A stretch of DNA of 64,000 bases from a virus. Made by a program: the position numbers and the translations under genes. The stretch is from the IMG/VR virus record IMGVR_UViG_3300027608_000016, positions 32,001-96,000 of that record. One strand, 5' to 3'. This document shows, in pieces, positions 30,692-40,738 of the stretch (position 1 is its first letter; the number at the start of each line of letters is the position of its first letter). The notes below the pieces were generated by a model, which made no database searches, was not told where the DNA came from, and saw only the letters and a list, made by a program, of their open reading frames with translations.

Positions 30692-31161
30692 TGGGTTCCA
30701 GTGCTACCTAAACCATTTTCTCCACGAGATGTTTTATCTAATTCATTGACACGATGAAAGTATGCTTCGTGATGTTTTTCGAAGATTATCTGTCCTATTC
30801 TCATACCTTTAGTGATTTCTACATCAACACCCTCAAGTTTGGCATGTCTATCACCTTCATATTTAACATACTCCTTTTTCAGGTTTATTAATATGACACC
30901 AATATCCCCTAGAAAATCTGAATCTATTACTCCTGCCATAGTGTCCAACCCTTCTTTAAAAGCTAGACCTGAACGTGGTGCTATTCTACCATAATATCCA
31001 TTTGGAATTTTCATGGATATTCCTGTTTTAAACAATCTCCTTTCTCCGTAAGCTAAAACATAATCTTCTGTGGAATATAAATCATAACCAGCAGAATTAT
31101 CCGAACCGCGAGTGGGTATTATTCCACTATCATTTAATTTTTTAATTTGAATTATCATCAT
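30688..31161 (-). CDS. dut: dUTPase (trimeric)
   Basis: AGYDL, PRSGLA, AGVIDSD, RIGQ, RGENGLGSTG. Confidence 0.95.
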   Translation of the reverse strand: MMIIQIKKLNDSGIIPTRGSDNSAGYDLYSTEDYVLAYGERRLFKTGISMKIPNGYYGRIAPRSGLAFKEGLDTMAGVIDSDFLGDIGVILINLKKEYVKYEGDRHAKLEGVDVEITKGMRIGQIIFEKHHEAYFHRVNELDKTSRGENGLGSTGTH

Positions 31162-31162
31162 A

Positions 31163-31408
31163 TTAAAACTGAAACTCCAACTGTCTTGAATCCTTCCCCC
31201 AAAACCATACCAAATCACCGTCTTCTGCATCTAAACAATCTCCATGTTCTGCTATAGAATATTCAACTCTTTTAACGTTTCCTATTTCCAATCGTTCCGC
31301 CAATTCCAAAATTTCTTCATCTCTTTCTTCCCCACCACATTCAGCCACACGTTCTTTTGAGGCTGCTAATAATATTTCGGTGAATTCTTTATATTTATCG
31401 GTAGTCAT
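31163..31408 (-). CDS. Hypothetical protein
   Basis: TTGATT-N16-TAAAAT-N7-ATG. Confidence 0.55.
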   Translation of the reverse strand: MTTDKYKEFTEILLAASKERVAECGGEERDEEILELAERLEIGNVKRVEYSIAEHGDCLDAEDGDLVWFWGKDSRQLEFQF

Positions 31409-31446
31409 AGATTGTATTTTATCATGAAATCCAGTGAAATCAAATG

Positions 31447-32727
31447 TTAAAGTGAATATTTTTTCAGGACTTTTTGGAACATGTTTAAACTTTCAGGAAC
31501 AGTAACAGGAACTTCTGGAGTTGCATCTTTTGTTGCGAAATCGTTTATGAAATCTATTATCTCTTCAGAGGTTTTTTTGATTATGTCTTCATTTTTGTTG
31601 ATATGTTCTGCGTCTATTTTCCATAATACTAGATAGTTTTCTGTGGTGCCTGTAGGTAGACCGAACTCTTCCAATACTACATGTGCAACACCTTCTGCTT
31701 GTAACTCTTTAACCTGTTTAGAAAAGGTCTTTCTATCGTCTTTCCAGTGCAACATCTCATGGGCCAATTCGTGTATTAATGTGGCTATGTTAGTGTTTAT
31801 AAGGTTTATGCTTCCTCCTTTACTAACTCCTCTAGCACCTTCATGACCAACATTCCCAAGAGATACAGTAACGCCTTTAGTTTTCGCCAATTCCACCAAA
31901 GCATCATAAATTATTCTGGTTTTTTCATCTGCTTCTTCCTCTGAATACCATTTAATTTCGTCTGGTATTTTAACAGCTTTTCCGGGAATCTCTTCAGTTT
32001 GGCTTATGTCGAAAATTGGCCTTAATTTAAATCTAGTAGTTCTTAAATCTTTAATATTTTGAGGCTGAGAAGATGATGCTTCTGGTTCTTCTTCTTCATC
32101 TTTCTTCTTTCCAATAGGAACATATATGTAAATACCTTTTTCGCCAGCTTTAATTTTTCTCCCCAATTCTTTTTCCCATTTTCTCGCACCTTTAACCAAG
32201 GTCGCATTTTTATTTTGTATGAAAATCAAAATAGAATTATATAAAGAATATTTGTGGAATCTCTTCTTAAAATTTAAGAAATCTAAAACTTCTTTAGATT
32301 GTGCAGTAGATGTTACTTTATTTTTCAATTCATCTATGAACATGCTTATCCTGTCACTAAACCCTATATCGCCATATTCTTCCAACTCTTCAGCAGAATC
32401 TATTATGTCTTCTAAACCGTTTATTGTGTTTATAGCCTGTTTATATTTTGAAACGTTTAAATTAAAATCGTTCAAGTTAAATGTCTTTTTAGAAATCCAT
32501 TTTCTAATATTTGCTTTGTCGAAAATAAACAGGCCGGAATTTCTTATGAGGTCTAGATTTCGGAAAGTTTCATTTTGCCCCTTTGTGATGTCGGGATTGT
32601 CACTTGTCACTACGAAAACAAATTCATCATCACTAAGAGTTTTCTTTTTTAATATTAAATTTTCCCCTAGAAGCTCTTCGATATTTGTGAATACTCTTCC
32701 AAAAAGTATAGAATCAAATTTATTCAT
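31447..32727 (-). CDS. ArdC-like ssDNA-binding domain + zincin metallopeptidase
   Basis: FHKYSLYNSILI..Q...AT.V.G..KW..LGR.IK.GEKGI.I.VP, FDISQT, TLIHELAHE.LH, ELQAE.VA. Confidence 0.85.
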   Translation of the reverse strand: MNKFDSILFGRVFTNIEELLGENLILKKKTLSDDEFVFVVTSDNPDITKGQNETFRNLDLIRNSGLFIFDKANIRKWISKKTFNLNDFNLNVSKYKQAINTINGLEDIIDSAEELEEYGDIGFSDRISMFIDELKNKVTSTAQSKEVLDFLNFKKRFHKYSLYNSILIFIQNKNATLVKGARKWEKELGRKIKAGEKGIYIYVPIGKKKDEEEEPEASSSQPQNIKDLRTTRFKLRPIFDISQTEEIPGKAVKIPDEIKWYSEEEADEKTRIIYDALVELAKTKGVTVSLGNVGHEGARGVSKGGSINLINTNIATLIHELAHEMLHWKDDRKTFSKQVKELQAEGVAHVVLEEFGLPTGTTENYLVLWKIDAEHINKNEDIIKKTSEEIIDFINDFATKDATPEVPVTVPESLNMFQKVLKKYSL

Positions 32728-32731
32728 ATAT

Positions 32732-33541
32732 TTAAGCTCTCATGTCTTGTTTTCCGTCAGCGTGAAATTCAATCATATCGCCGCTAACTTTTATCCCTGC
32801 TATCTTGTTCAAGTCCAAATCGTATGATGTTAATCCTCCACGAAGAGAATCCTTTAAAGCGAAATTGATTTCCTTTTTGGCTTTTGCTAGATATGCCTTA
32901 TCACCACCTCTAGGACTTCCATCATTATTTACAGATAATTTAAAAGGAGGTAATTCTTTAGGTTTTTCTTGTCCGTCTGCAACCACTTCGGCTTTTCCTG
33001 TTACTTGACCTAATATGTTCAAACATTTTTTTTCAGTGTTATATCTTATTCCTTTTCCCAAAGACACATAAACATTGGTTCCACCATCTTCTGGAACGAA
33101 TGGTTTTGACAAACTTACTATCATTTCTTCTTTAGCTTTTCTTTGCCAATCGTCTTTAGGTTCATATCCCTCGATAACTGTTTTATTATGGGCCTTAATG
33201 TTAGAATAGCTTATGCCTAAATTAACCTTATAAATTTTAGTTGGGCCATTTGCGGGTGCTCCTTTTTTAACATCAGCAGTTCCATTGGTTTTATACATGA
33301 ATGATGTAAATTTAGCACCTTTAGCTAAAGCTTTGTTCAAAGTGTTCAAAAGGTTTTTATTTTCTTCTGATAACTCTGGAAATTTGGAAACAGTGTCTTC
33401 TGCTGGCTCTGGTTCCTTAACTTCCTTGGCTTTTTCTTCTTTCCATGCATCATTTTGTGCGCTTCCTTCTACCCTTTCTCTCTGTTCACCCCATTCATCA
33501 GCTTCGTTAATTATACTTTTATAAAGATCGTCGAATTTCAT
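32732..33541 (-). CDS. Late protein with leader
   Basis: TAAATA upstream; MKFDDLYKSIINE. Confidence 0.65.
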   Translation of the reverse strand: MKFDDLYKSIINEADEWGEQRERVEGSAQNDAWKEEKAKEVKEPEPAEDTVSKFPELSEENKNLLNTLNKALAKGAKFTSFMYKTNGTADVKKGAPANGPTKIYKVNLGISYSNIKAHNKTVIEGYEPKDDWQRKAKEEMIVSLSKPFVPEDGGTNVYVSLGKGIRYNTEKKCLNILGQVTGKAEVVADGQEKPKELPPFKLSVNNDGSPRGGDKAYLAKAKKEINFALKDSLRGGLTSYDLDLNKIAGIKVSGDMIEFHADGKQDMRA

Positions 33542-33564
33542 ATTTCTTATATTTATCCTTTTTA

Positions 33565-36513
33565 TTACATTTTCATGCAGCTTAAAATCTCTTCTGTAAC
33601 ATTTAAATTAGAAACATATAAATATCTACTAAAACTCTCGGCTAAGTCAGCAACTTCAAACTTGGTTCCTATTTCTGTTGATATTCGTTCTGCCGTTTCT
33701 TGTTTTAACTTGATTATTTCCTTTTGTGCAGCCACTATTTTATTTAATGCCTCTGAATTATCGACGTTTACTTCATTATTGTAAATGTCTCTATATTGCT
33801 GTATAATCTTTGCAAGTTTCATCTTTTTTTCCACTTTTTCATATAATTCTGAATCAAATCCAGAATCTAAGGTATATATTATTTTAACATCGTGATTTGT
33901 GTTAATACGGTAAATTCTCCCCTCACTCTGTTCTATAGATTCAGGTGTCCAATCATAGTCATTTACTATCATAGATTTGAAGGTATTAGCGAAAGATATT
34001 CCAGTTCCTCCCATTTCAAGACTCATAACTAAAACTTTGACATTAGGATTTATAGATTCAGACTTAACAGCCAAGCGTTTACTTTTGGATGTGCTTGATA
34101 GATATGATAAAACTTTCCAATCTTTGTTGATCTTACTCAACTCGTTTTGCAACTTTTCAACTAAATCCTGTCCAGATTTTTTAAACGCTGAAAATATTAA
34201 TATTTTACTGGCGGCGTAATTATTTTCAGAATCATGCTGATTTTTTGTTATTATTTCTATAGCATTTTTAACTGTGGCATCAACCTTATATATCGCAATT
34301 AGTTCTCTCTTTGCCATCAATTGAGATACTGCCAAATTCTCGTTTTTGAATTTTTTAATTTTAGCTAGATATTCATTCCTGAAATTTTCAGCTTTTGGTG
34401 ATATTAAATCGCCAACCGATTTAGAAATTATCAAATCGGGCATTTTCTCTCCTCTAGCTGCTCTCATTGCATCCTTAGTGTGTCTGATATAAACCCCAAA
34501 TAAATTAAGCCATTTGTTCAAACTTTCGGCAGCTTTCAATCTTTCTTCGAAGTTCGGATTTTCTTCATATGAATTATCGTAACCAGAAGGAATCATTGCC
34601 TGAAAATCTTGCTTAAATTTTCCTACGGTTATTTTACCCAAAGGGTGATCCAACATCAATAGCTGATTTTTAACATCTAATGGCTTATTAGCTGAAATTG
34701 TTGCAGTTGCCCCCCATTTAATAGGTATAGTTTTAGCAACTTCTGATATATTTATACACTTCTTCGGGGATGTCTCTTTAGTTTTATCACTGCTACCTTT
34801 AACCTGATGTAATTCATCTAATATTAAAATGCCCGCACCACAATTTTTAAGTTTTTCCACTATGGTTTTTTGAACTTCACCCTTAGAGAAATTGTCATAA
34901 TAGAAAATGTTCCATTTTTTAATATTGTTGATATTAGTGGATATATTATCTCTTTCGTCTTCTCCCATGACATTAATGATTTCATCTTCGAATTGTTTCT
35001 GAACCGATTTAAGAGTTACTATTATTGTTGGGTTATGGGTTTCATTCATTTTTAATGCAGCGGCATATATTAACTGCATTGTTTTACCTCCACCAGTTTC
35101 AGAACCTAAAATTGCATATTTCCTGTCGTATAAAAACTTTATTCCATCATATTGTAAACCGTATAATTCAAATATGCTGTTTTTAAATTCTTCGTCTATT
35201 GCTGTTTTAATATCTTCTTTCGTTTTTAATATATGTTTTCTAGGTGCTATAACATCAGATTTTACCATATCATCGAAAAATTTTCTATAGTTTGATGTGT
35301 TATATCCATCACGTTTAAGAAGAGTTCCAAATATGTGATATTGATCATAATCTCCAGAAACTATATATGACATTGGAACGGTTTCCCAATCCATATCGGG
35401 AAATGTATACTTTATTAGCTTTTTTAGATTTATTTTATCCTTTTGGAAATTGTTGAATCTTGACCAATCTATCCTTATTAAAGTTTTCCCGTTTCCGTAA
35501 ACTTCAAACATTAAGCTGTTTTCAATTCCTTTTCCGTTAGAAGCTACTATAGGTAATGAGGAGAAAAAATCTTCTAATGCTGTAACATCCAGCATTTTTT
35601 CCAGATGTGGTTTTATTATGTCATAATCTTCTTTTCTGGTGCTTAACAGGTAATCACTGCTTCCGCCATATGCTAATATTTTAGGAACTATATTGGGAAT
35701 AGCTTTCAATCCGAAATAGAATCCTTTAGATTTATAACTGTCTTCTCCTAATGTTATTCGCAATTTTTCCCCGAAGTTCGTTTGTTCTTTTTTGACTATT
35801 TTAATTATTGGTTTTCCATTCTCTTGTGGTGTTTTCGCGTTTTCCTGTGCCCCTGAATCATCCACTACTTCAAAATCTGGAAATATCTCAGACAAAATTT
35901 TAGGTAATAATATAGAGTCTATAAAATACGTATTTGTGTTGGCTTTATCGGCTGATAATTTTTTATATCTAGGGTATAGATAATTGCCGTAAGTATCTGG
36001 TGATTTTACTGCACCCTCTTGTGCTAGTGCTGCGTCTAATATTCTATTAAGTTTTATTAGACGAGGTTTTGTTCCAATGGGTATATAAACAGAAATCTTA
36101 CCATAAGGGTCTTTTTTGTTTCTATTTATAATTATTTTCGTTCTTTCTTTTCCGCCTACATGTTCCTTGTTTCTACTCTTGTCTATTGCATCTTCTAAAT
36201 CGTTGTTTAATTGTTCATAATTAGGCACTTGTGTATTTCTATAATGTCCTAAAACGTTAAGCATTTTTATTGCTGTTACAACGGAAATTACGTCTGAATT
36301 ATATTCAGTAGTTGCTATCAATCTCGTATACCAATCCCAATCGCTCTTATTAAACCCTAGATCATTCCATTCTGTAGGAGCACCTTTAATATACATTTCA
36401 GACAACTCGTGTTTTAATGCATTTACAACATCTCCTCCTATCTTACCATCATCTTCTACTAGAAAATATATAGAGTTGTAGGCACTCATCAACAGGTTTA
36501 AATCTTTCGGCAT
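33565..36513 (-). CDS. SNF2-family helicase with long N-terminal extension
   Basis: LQYDGIKFL, SETGGGKT, ILDELH, ATAT...NKP, KILIFS, GGTGIS, DWTP...QSEGRIYRI. Confidence 0.88.
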   Translation of the reverse strand: MPKDLNLLMSAYNSIYFLVEDDGKIGGDVVNALKHELSEMYIKGAPTEWNDLGFNKSDWDWYTRLIATTEYNSDVISVVTAIKMLNVLGHYRNTQVPNYEQLNNDLEDAIDKSRNKEHVGGKERTKIIINRNKKDPYGKISVYIPIGTKPRLIKLNRILDAALAQEGAVKSPDTYGNYLYPRYKKLSADKANTNTYFIDSILLPKILSEIFPDFEVVDDSGAQENAKTPQENGKPIIKIVKKEQTNFGEKLRITLGEDSYKSKGFYFGLKAIPNIVPKILAYGGSSDYLLSTRKEDYDIIKPHLEKMLDVTALEDFFSSLPIVASNGKGIENSLMFEVYGNGKTLIRIDWSRFNNFQKDKINLKKLIKYTFPDMDWETVPMSYIVSGDYDQYHIFGTLLKRDGYNTSNYRKFFDDMVKSDVIAPRKHILKTKEDIKTAIDEEFKNSIFELYGLQYDGIKFLYDRKYAILGSETGGGKTMQLIYAAALKMNETHNPTIIVTLKSVQKQFEDEIINVMGEDERDNISTNINNIKKWNIFYYDNFSKGEVQKTIVEKLKNCGAGILILDELHQVKGSSDKTKETSPKKCINISEVAKTIPIKWGATATISANKPLDVKNQLLMLDHPLGKITVGKFKQDFQAMIPSGYDNSYEENPNFEERLKAAESLNKWLNLFGVYIRHTKDAMRAARGEKMPDLIISKSVGDLISPKAENFRNEYLAKIKKFKNENLAVSQLMAKRELIAIYKVDATVKNAIEIITKNQHDSENNYAASKILIFSAFKKSGQDLVEKLQNELSKINKDWKVLSYLSSTSKSKRLAVKSESINPNVKVLVMSLEMGGTGISFANTFKSMIVNDYDWTPESIEQSEGRIYRINTNHDVKIIYTLDSGFDSELYEKVEKKMKLAKIIQQYRDIYNNEVNVDNSEALNKIVAAQKEIIKLKQETAERISTEIGTKFEVADLAESFSRYLYVSNLNVTEEILSCMKM

Positions 36514-36541
36514 AATATATTATTTAACCGAAAGGTTGATA

Positions 36542-37282
36542 TTAACTGTTTTCGACTGTTATAGGTAAGTTTCTGGCTTCTTCGTGCATAATTCCAAAAA
36601 TATTGAAAACTATTGCAGCCAAATGGTCAGAATCTTTCTCTAAATCTCCACCCTCGTATTTATTAATCATATATTTTGATATATGTCTCATTAAAGACCT
36701 CTCATAAGAATCTATAGATATACCCTTTTTGAAGTTTCCTGAACCGTATTGTTTCTTTTTGCTAGTCATATATTCAGCATATCGTTTAAATGCCGTCCAG
36801 CTAATAGTTTCAGTATAATCTTCCTTACCTTCTTCCGAATCTCTAATTGCACCAGTTGAATATTGTCTAATCTCCTGTTTCGGTTTCTGATCTGGTTCTG
36901 TTTTAATAATCGCTTCTGCTGACGGAGGGTTAATATATACTGTAGCCCAAGAAGTTCTATCGTCATTTTCAACAAATTCACATACTGGTATTCCACAATT
37001 TTTTGCTACAACTACCTCTAAATTGGCACCTTTAGATTTTTCCCACCCTCTCAATAAAACTACAAAATCGCTATTCATCACTTCTGGTAAATCTATTTTC
37101 ATGTAATGCAAAAACGGTTTTTGGGGGTCTGTGCTAGGGTTAAAACCGTCAGATAAATCCTTTTCAGCAGGACTAAACACTGAATAACCAGCCTCTCTTA
37201 ATATTTTAGTAACCCTGTTAAATTCTTCAAAGTTGTATAACGGTAATCCCGACATTGGGCCAGCTAGATATATATGCTTCAT
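36542..37282 (-). CDS. DUF4406 (NDT-like) fused to dATP/dGTP diphosphohydrolase (DUF5664-like)
   Basis: IYLAGPMSG...N...F, SPAE, GWEKSKGA.LE; RQYSTGAIRD..GK, KQYG..N.KKG, SL.RH, DHLAAI.FN. Confidence 0.8.
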   Translation of the reverse strand: MKHIYLAGPMSGLPLYNFEEFNRVTKILREAGYSVFSPAEKDLSDGFNPSTDPQKPFLHYMKIDLPEVMNSDFVVLLRGWEKSKGANLEVVVAKNCGIPVCEFVENDDRTSWATVYINPPSAEAIIKTEPDQKPKQEIRQYSTGAIRDSEEGKEDYTETISWTAFKRYAEYMTSKKKQYGSGNFKKGISIDSYERSLMRHISKYMINKYEGGDLEKDSDHLAAIVFNIFGIMHEEARNLPITVENS

Positions 37283-37316
37283 TGTCGAATTATAACATAT
37301 GAAAGACAAATATCAA
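37283..37316 (-). promoter_or_regulatory. Sigma70-like leaderless promoter
   Basis: TTGATA-N16-TATAAT-N6-ATG. Confidence 0.7.
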
Positions 37317-37321
37317 GCAGA

Positions 37322-37795
37322 TCAAACAGTGAAATTATATCCTTGTTTAGTTTTATATATGACATCCACTAAAGGAATTTTTTGACCGAAAGATTTACTA
37401 ATTTTTTGAGCCATTTTCTGAAATTTGCTTCCATGTCCCTCATCGAAGTTTTTAGTGACCATGAAATATACATGTATCATCTCATGTATCAATATCTTAT
37501 CTATTGATTTCTCTGAACGCTTTAAAGTGTTGGATATCTGTATTTTTAAAGAGTTTGGTGATATTCTAGAATACTGATATTTAGATGTCCCAAATCCAGT
37601 TTTGAATTTTGGGGTTATTATCTTACATGTGGCTAATCCTCCAACGCCTTTTAAGTTGGCCCAAACAACAGGAATTTTAGGCAACATGTTTTTAAAATAT
37701 TTTGCGTTGAAAGTGTTATATTTACTTTTTAGATTATATCTAGAAAACGATATGTAATTCTTAGATACTTTGTTATATAGATCATCAAATTTCAT
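37322..37795 (-). CDS. SprT-like metalloprotease (short paralog)
   Basis: FN.KYF...LP, ILIHEMIH, HG.KF. Confidence 0.82.
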   Translation of the reverse strand: MKFDDLYNKVSKNYISFSRYNLKSKYNTFNAKYFKNMLPKIPVVWANLKGVGGLATCKIITPKFKTGFGTSKYQYSRISPNSLKIQISNTLKRSEKSIDKILIHEMIHVYFMVTKNFDEGHGSKFQKMAQKISKSFGQKIPLVDVIYKTKQGYNFTV

Positions 37796-38600
37796 GTCGT
37801 TTATGAGTTTTTAATAGTTCTCCCTTTTCTTTCAAATCTATGAAGAGGTTTGAAACTGATACTACAGTGTTAGAGTCATCCATTTTATATAATTTCATCT
37901 TCCCTCTTCTTATGGAATCTGATGTCAATCTTTGTATTGGAAATATTAAGCTTACAGTGTGCCAATTTTTAGATTTTATCGTATATGCATCTATTTTAGT
38001 CATATCCAATCTATAACTATATATCTTCAAAGATTCTAGGAATTCCGCAGACTGTAGAAGTTTATGAGACACTAATGCAAATGATTGAGTCCCATTTGTT
38101 TTAGATAGTATTATCACTCCTACTGGTTTTATAATACTATCATCTACCAAATCCACGTTTGTCATTTCATCCGTCAATGGTATAGAGAACCCTACCATTT
38201 TAGATAGTTTGTTGACCATTTCAACAAATTTGTATCCATGATTTACATCAAACATGTGTTTAGATATAAAGTATGCATGAATCATTTCATGAATTATGAT
38301 TCCATTTAAATCATCCTCAGACCTTTTCAATATGTTAGAAATTTTAATCTCTAGCGAACCTTCTATTAATGTTACGCCATGATATCTATTATATCCACCT
38401 CTACCATTAGAAGGTTTTTTCACTTTAGCCACCGTTATTCCCCCAACACCTTTCAGTTTTGCCCAATATACAGGTATTTTAGGTATTTCTCCATTGAAAA
38501 GTGTAGTGTTATAATGATCGAACTTTTTCCCTAGATCATAATCAGAGAAATTTATAGTGCTTTCGTTTAAGACTGTGTTTATTAAAGCATTTATATTCAT
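37785..38600 (-). CDS. SprT-like metalloprotease
   Basis: YN..LF.GEIP, IIIHEMIH, HG.KF; leader MNINALINTVLNE; TAAATA upstream. Confidence 0.82.
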   Translation of the reverse strand: MNINALINTVLNESTINFSDYDLGKKFDHYNTTLFNGEIPKIPVYWAKLKGVGGITVAKVKKPSNGRGGYNRYHGVTLIEGSLEIKISNILKRSEDDLNGIIIHEMIHAYFISKHMFDVNHGYKFVEMVNKLSKMVGFSIPLTDEMTNVDLVDDSIIKPVGVIILSKTNGTQSFALVSHKLLQSAEFLESLKIYSYRLDMTKIDAYTIKSKNWHTVSLIFPIQRLTSDSIRRGKMKLYKMDDSNTVVSVSNLFIDLKEKGELLKTHKRHEI

Positions 38601-38633
38601 GCTTTAAGTATTTAACTTGGATATATCAATATA

Positions 38634-38909
38634 TTACACCAAACCGTAATCAAACCCCACTTTTATATATCCTACTTTAGTTGGCATATAGAAATCGTAT
38701 TGGGTTTCTCCCTCTTTAGCAGCCTCGAATTTGTTACAAGACTCTACATTTTCGTCCATGCAGAACCTCAAATTTCTAGAGTTTTCGTATTCATCAGAGA
38801 GAAACGTTTTACCTAAGTGGAATAAACACGATTCTTGTTGAAATGGAACATCTGGTAGATAATTGTTCCAAATTTCGTTCCATTGTTTTACATATGTTTC
38901 CTCATTCAT
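38634..38909 (-). CDS. Hypothetical protein
   Basis: ORF in operon arrangement. Confidence 0.5.
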   Translation of the reverse strand: MNEETYVKQWNEIWNNYLPDVPFQQESCLFHLGKTFLSDEYENSRNLRFCMDENVESCNKFEAAKEGETQYDFYMPTKVGYIKVGFDYGLV

Positions 38910-38913
38910 ATTT

Positions 38914-39192
38914 TTATAGTTGTGCGTTTTTCTTTATATCATCAAACAATCTTTGTTTATTTTCAGGGGATATGTTTTTACATTCCCATTCACCTAAACT
39001 GAAAAATACGTCTATTAAACTGGATAGTGTTTTAAATTTATCTTGCCAATGTGTATGAGATTTAAACACTGTAGAAATAGCCTCTAGAACATAATGAGGG
39101 TTTGCTTCTGGATGAACGATTCCACTGTTAACCAATCCAGTTCGAATTGTGTCATAAATCTCGGCTTTTCTCTCAGGAGTAGGTAAGTGCAT
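38914..39192 (-). CDS. Hypothetical protein
   Basis: TAAATA upstream. Confidence 0.5.
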   Translation of the reverse strand: MHLPTPERKAEIYDTIRTGLVNSGIVHPEANPHYVLEAISTVFKSHTHWQDKFKTLSSLIDVFFSLGEWECKNISPENKQRLFDDIKKNAQL

Positions 39193-39211
39193 AATGTCTT
39201 ATTTAATAGGA

Positions 39212-39712
39212 CTATTGAGGTAAATCAAGTTTAATTGGATGTGGTTCCCCTAAATGATATACATCCAGAGGTATATCCTTACCTTCTTTAGAGTATTGCA
39301 TCACTAAAATTTTATAATTCATTTGAAGTGTGATCATTCTCAAAACAGAGTTCAAATATTGAGGGATATATGTAATCAAATCTTTACTGGCTTCTGGTGT
39401 ATAAGGTGGGCCATAATGAAATGCTTGATATTGTATTGCGCCTATTTCTCCTTCAGGCCAAACAGTCAAAGCGTATTTAATTTTATGTTTATCTAAAAGT
39501 GGTAAAATGACTTCTTCTAAAGCCTTGTATTTATCTTGTATTTCTTTTGGTAACTTAGCTATATGTTCCTTTCTAAGTCTGTCAACTGTTGTTTGCACCG
39601 CTTCAAAATGTTCTAAGTTTTTAGGTGAATTCTTGGCTAATTTATGAGAGTCAAATTCTTGAAATTCGCTCTTTTTGGATTTTGTCTTTTTATTGGTTGT
39701 TTTCTTTTTCAT
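39212..39712 (-). CDS. Hypothetical protein
   Basis: ORF in operon arrangement. Confidence 0.5.
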   Translation of the reverse strand: MKKKTTNKKTKSKKSEFQEFDSHKLAKNSPKNLEHFEAVQTTVDRLRKEHIAKLPKEIQDKYKALEEVILPLLDKHKIKYALTVWPEGEIGAIQYQAFHYGPPYTPEASKDLITYIPQYLNSVLRMITLQMNYKILVMQYSKEGKDIPLDVYHLGEPHPIKLDLPQ

Positions 39713-39874
39713 ATTTTTGTATAACATGTTTCACATATAGTTTGTTCCACTAAAAGTTGCTGGTCATCATTTAAACATTCCATTCCGTAATAATCAACGA
39801 GATCACAAAGTTCATTATATAAATCTTGATCTGGTGTATATATTTCCAAATTACATATTTTACAGTTTTTCATA

Positions 39875-40453
39875 TCAATTCCTTAAATCTATTCTGTCCC
39901 AATCATCCATTCTGGCACTGATACCATCACATAAATGCAACAACCAAGACACTTTAGATTTGGGTGATACTGGACTTCCCAATTCCCTTCTGCCGTGATG
40001 TGCCAAAATAGCATGTAATACTGAATCGTGATATTTAAGACACATCTCTGGATAAAAACTTACGTTATTACTCCAATATATACCAGAACGTGAGATATGA
40101 TGTATCAATCTTTTATGATCGGTAGATGTCCATTCTGAATAATCAGTTCCATCTACTGGTTCGTAATCATAAATCTTTCCGATATCATGAAACAAACATG
40201 AGAAGAATAATTCTGCATTGTCTATGTCGGATATTCCTAATGTTTCTTTACTGTTAAAAGCGAGTAGTAAAACTTCGTATGTATGTTTCGCCAATCCGAA
40301 TTTTCCGTAATGGTGTTTATTGTTAATACAACCAGTCCAGATACAAAATTTATCATTTCGGGTTACTCTCCTAACTAGGCGTTTCTCGTCTATTCGAGTT
40401 AAATGTTTGTCTGCCAAATCATCTATTTTTTTAATGTAATCTATTTCTTCCAT
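39875..40453 (-). CDS. HD-domain protein (YhaM-like)
   Basis: HHY..GLAKHT.EV, FHDIGK..DY, HI, HAILAHHG..E.GSP..P, LH.CD.ISA. Confidence 0.85.
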   Translation of the reverse strand: MEEIDYIKKIDDLADKHLTRIDEKRLVRRVTRNDKFCIWTGCINNKHHYGKFGLAKHTYEVLLLAFNSKETLGISDIDNAELFFSCLFHDIGKIYDYEPVDGTDYSEWTSTDHKRLIHHISRSGIYWSNNVSFYPEMCLKYHDSVLHAILAHHGRRELGSPVSPKSKVSWLLHLCDGISARMDDWDRIDLRN

Positions 40454-40497
40454 TTGAGTAGAAGAATAATAACATAGAACTTTGGGATGTCAATATG

Positions 40498-40734
40498 TTA
40501 AACCCAAGGTATAGTAGAAAGTGATAACATTTCTGTGGCACGTTCTAAAGCATCCTCGTCTGTCCAATTTCCCGCTTGTTCATATTCTTCCTCTCCATTC
40601 CATAAGAATATCTGTTTATTCAATCCTTCAATATATGCTGTTATGGTTTTTCCCTGTTTAGAATCTATTACAGCCAATACATTAACCGTTTCCAGTTCTA
40701 TGTATTTTTCAGGTTCCAGTATAATCTTGATCAT
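40498..40734 (-). CDS. Hypothetical protein, tandem paralog B
   Basis: ITA.I.GL...I.LW.G.EEYE.AG.WT.E...RATE.LSLS shared with neighbour. Confidence 0.65.
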   Translation of the reverse strand: MIKIILEPEKYIELETVNVLAVIDSKQGKTITAYIEGLNKQIFLWNGEEEYEQAGNWTDEDALERATEMLSLSTIPWV

Positions 40735-40738
40735 GAAA

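Noticed and set aside
32219-32827. Long antisense ORFs (also 2521, 9262, 14211, 25715, 54499 and others)
   Set aside because: Shadow frames opposite well-supported genes, with Ser/Phe/Leu-rich composition and no promoter.
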